Origin: Leidyana gryllorum EB-2025a
Taxonomy: Eukaryota; Protista; Apicomplexa
DNA: 5,525 nucleotides
Direction of reading: 5' to 3'
Assembly: GCA_048772705.1 (NCBI GenBank)
Contig: JBLWGC010000112.1
Location: 1-5,525, forward strand
Shown: in pieces, positions 5,435-5,525 of the stretch
Numbering within the stretch: position 1 is the first letter of the stretch
How the letters are laid out: each line of letters opens with the position of its first letter
Notes under the pieces: model-generated
What the model was told of the DNA's origin: nothing
The model's database searches: none
What the model saw: only the letters and a program-made list of their open reading frames with translations
Translations under genes and position numbers: made by a program

Positions 5435-5489
5435 GGCCCTTTCGGACTGCGGCCTGAACACAGCGCCTTAGACCACTCGGCCATCTTGC
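5435..5489 (-). pseudogene. tRNA-Leu(CAG), 3'-truncated
   Basis: Reverse complement gcaagatggccgagtggtctaaggcgctgtgttCAGgccgcagtccgaaagggcc; no proper T arm or acceptor 3' strand. Confidence 0.75.
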
Positions 5490-5525
5490 GGCAGTGTTGT
5501 TGGTTCGTCGCTCCACGCGTTTTTT

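Larger units (their letters stand above)
4955..5489 (-). repeat. Right arm of large inverted duplication
   Basis: Reverse-complement match to 3802-~4380. Confidence 0.92.

Noticed and set aside
439-5516. All 20 ORFs in the supplied track (61-130 aa)
   Set aside because: Short, overlap tRNA genes on either strand, show typical tRNA-translation peptides (e.g. DPGSIPG, VAQLVEH) and no recognisable domain
1-5525. Bacterial/phage tRNA array or organellar cluster
   Set aside because: Genes on both strands, no encoded CCA, eukaryotic identity features (A34 anticodons, Ala A54, Tyr C1:G72 with intron) and heavy pseudogenisation
1-5525. Spliced-leader RNA, 5S rRNA, U6 or tRNA-Sec within the cluster
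   Set aside because: No dinoflagellate SL motif (CCGTAGCCATTTTGGCTCAAG) or other recognisable signature seen by eye; an Rfam/Infernal scan would be decisive

Overview
Non-coding window: a very dense, two-stranded cluster of eukaryotic nuclear-type tRNA genes and tRNA pseudogenes. There are about 33 full or partial tRNA sequences in 5.5 kb, covering 16 amino acids (Ala, Asn, Asp, Cys, Gln, Glu, Gly, Ile, Leu, Met, Pro, Ser, Thr, Trp, Tyr, Val); no Arg, His, Lys or Phe body was recognised. Eukaryotic signs: no encoded 3' CCA, A54 (GATCG) T-loop in tRNA-Ala, canonical 37/38 intron in tRNA-Tyr. From recall only, the Asp and Val bodies look alveolate-like (apicomplexan/dinoflagellate). Only a few genes look fully intact (Ile-AAT, Cys-GCA, Ala-TGC, Met-CAT, nearly Tyr-GTA x2). 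The region is a mosaic of internally duplicated multi-tRNA modules, including a ~550-bp inverted duplication, with chimeric junctions, microhomology-bounded indels and anticodon differences between paralogues. All listed ORFs appear spurious. All calls were made by eye; tRNAscan-SE was not run.
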